From: Takakia lepidozioides
Lineage: Eukaryota > Plantae > Bryophyta
DNA length: 64,000 nt
NCBI GenBank assembly: GCA_030704615.1
Contig: CM060732.1
Span: 79,236,001 to 79,300,000 of the forward strand
Reading direction: 5' to 3'
In this document: piece after piece, positions 62,901 through 64,000 of the stretch
Layout of the letters: every line of letters begins with the position of its first letter
Numbering within the stretch: position 1 is the first letter of the stretch
Notes under the pieces: model-generated
The model's database searches: none
What the model was told of the DNA's origin: nothing
The model's input: the letters and a program-made list of their open reading frames with translations, nothing else
Made by a program: the position numbers and the translations under genes

Positions 62901-64000
62901 AGGTCATGTGTTGGGTTGCTCATGTATCAAGATACCAAGTATCTTGAAAATTTTGGTTGGGTATTTCCATAACAGCAAAGAGTTGAAATGGAGCCGATCT
63001 TGAGTAGTGGCAGTATTGGCTTGAGCCTTATAAATGCCGTTTTCTCTATCTCGTTTGCGCTTTTTGCAATTAGGGGATATATGCCCCCTCCGCCCACAAT
63101 AATGACAAATTTTGTCTCTATGTGATAGTTGACCACTAGGATTACTAGAAGAGGTTGCCATCTGAAAATTATTATTATAACTCCATTGGGAGGCCCAAAT
63201 GGTTTTCTAGTTCCCTTGAACTTGCCTCGTTGTCCAACAAATAAAACTGAAGGTTTACCATTAGAACTATCCGTGTGTCTCATAATGGCCTCTTGCAAAA
63301 CCTTACCAATCAAATCAGCAAGGGTTTGGTTTGCAACACTTCCTTGAGTGGTAATAAACAGCCGCCATGAAGGAGGCAACGCTCCAAGAAGCATGGTGAC
63401 CTGCAGCTCTTCAGGGATTACTAGCCCTGAAGCATCATCTAACGCTCCTTGCCAATTTTCCAAGAACTCTGTTACAGATTGGGACTCTGAAAGAGTAAGC
63501 ATCATAATACGTTTATGCATGCCAACTTGGGATGCACTATCCGTGTGTTCATAGATAGATTTTAGTTTAGCCCAAACTGTTGTAGAAGTTTTAAGAGATA
63601 TGACTAATTGAATCTGACGATCTCCACAATGGAGAATCAATTCAGAGCGTGCTTTGGAATCTTTTATTTTCCAAGCAGCTTGAAGTGCGGCATCAGCCGC
63701 ACCGGGGTCAGGGTCAGTACCGTCGACCACTCCCCAGAATTCAGACCTCATTAAAAGCATTTCCATTTTGATAGACCAAATGGAATAATTGGTACTACTA
63801 AGGCAATCAATTTGATACGCCCTTGCTGCAGGAAAAGAGGGAGCAGCCATGGGGAATCTATGTCATTAAGACCTAGCCAATGGCAGAGCATTTGCTCTTG
63901 CCCTTCTAATCCTTAACAACAAATTTCATAAAAATTGAATAAGCACATGGTCCGAGGTCGCAAGATGCGACTTACAGTGACCATTTAAGATAAGCAATCT
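59927..64000 (-). mobile_element. Degenerate Ty1/Copia retrotransposon; 5' LTR beyond the window end
   Basis: Gag 62927-63850, CHYCGRRGHISPNC knuckle, GAG-pre-integrase LWHHRLGH, INT LRSDNGGEF/QNGVSER, RT LYGLKQSPRMW/YVDD, RH VALSSTESEY. PPT 59953-59962, LTR start TGTTGG at 59952. Confidence 0.93.

Overview
This window is eukaryotic, most likely a non-seed plant or streptophyte (inferred from the retroelement lineages and a plant-type eIF2-gamma fragment). It is a densely nested transposon block with no intact host gene. The dominant occupant is a Ty3/Gypsy family present in at least three subfamilies. Its reconstructed single polyprotein reads Gag(2 Zn-knuckles)-protease-DNMT3-like C5 cytosine methyltransferase-RT-RNaseH-DDE integrase-PHD finger. 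Its termini are not ordinary LTRs. The left end is repeat B only and the right end is PPT-A-gc-B-t-A, a split direct repeat. One copy (1619-20569) carries a 4-bp target-site duplication (TSD). The A/B junction is the palindrome GACAGCTGTC. The sequence at the primer-binding position is complementary to a hairpin loop inside B, and the pair covaries across the three subfamilies, which suggests tRNA-independent self-priming. Nested in or beside these elements are: a non-chromoviral Gypsy with extra ORFs (3382-15999, minus) that has a solo LTR inside its own 3' LTR; a very young chromovirus (47525-54495) inserted in the ENV catalytic motif of one DNMT copy; a degenerate Ty1/Copia; a CACTA end with an adjacent phosphatase-like fragment; DUF3504/Crypton-like tyrosine-recombinase remnants; and an eIF2-gamma C-terminal fragment. 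Several inversions and duplications are evident. All domain calls come from motif recognition by eye, not from database searches.
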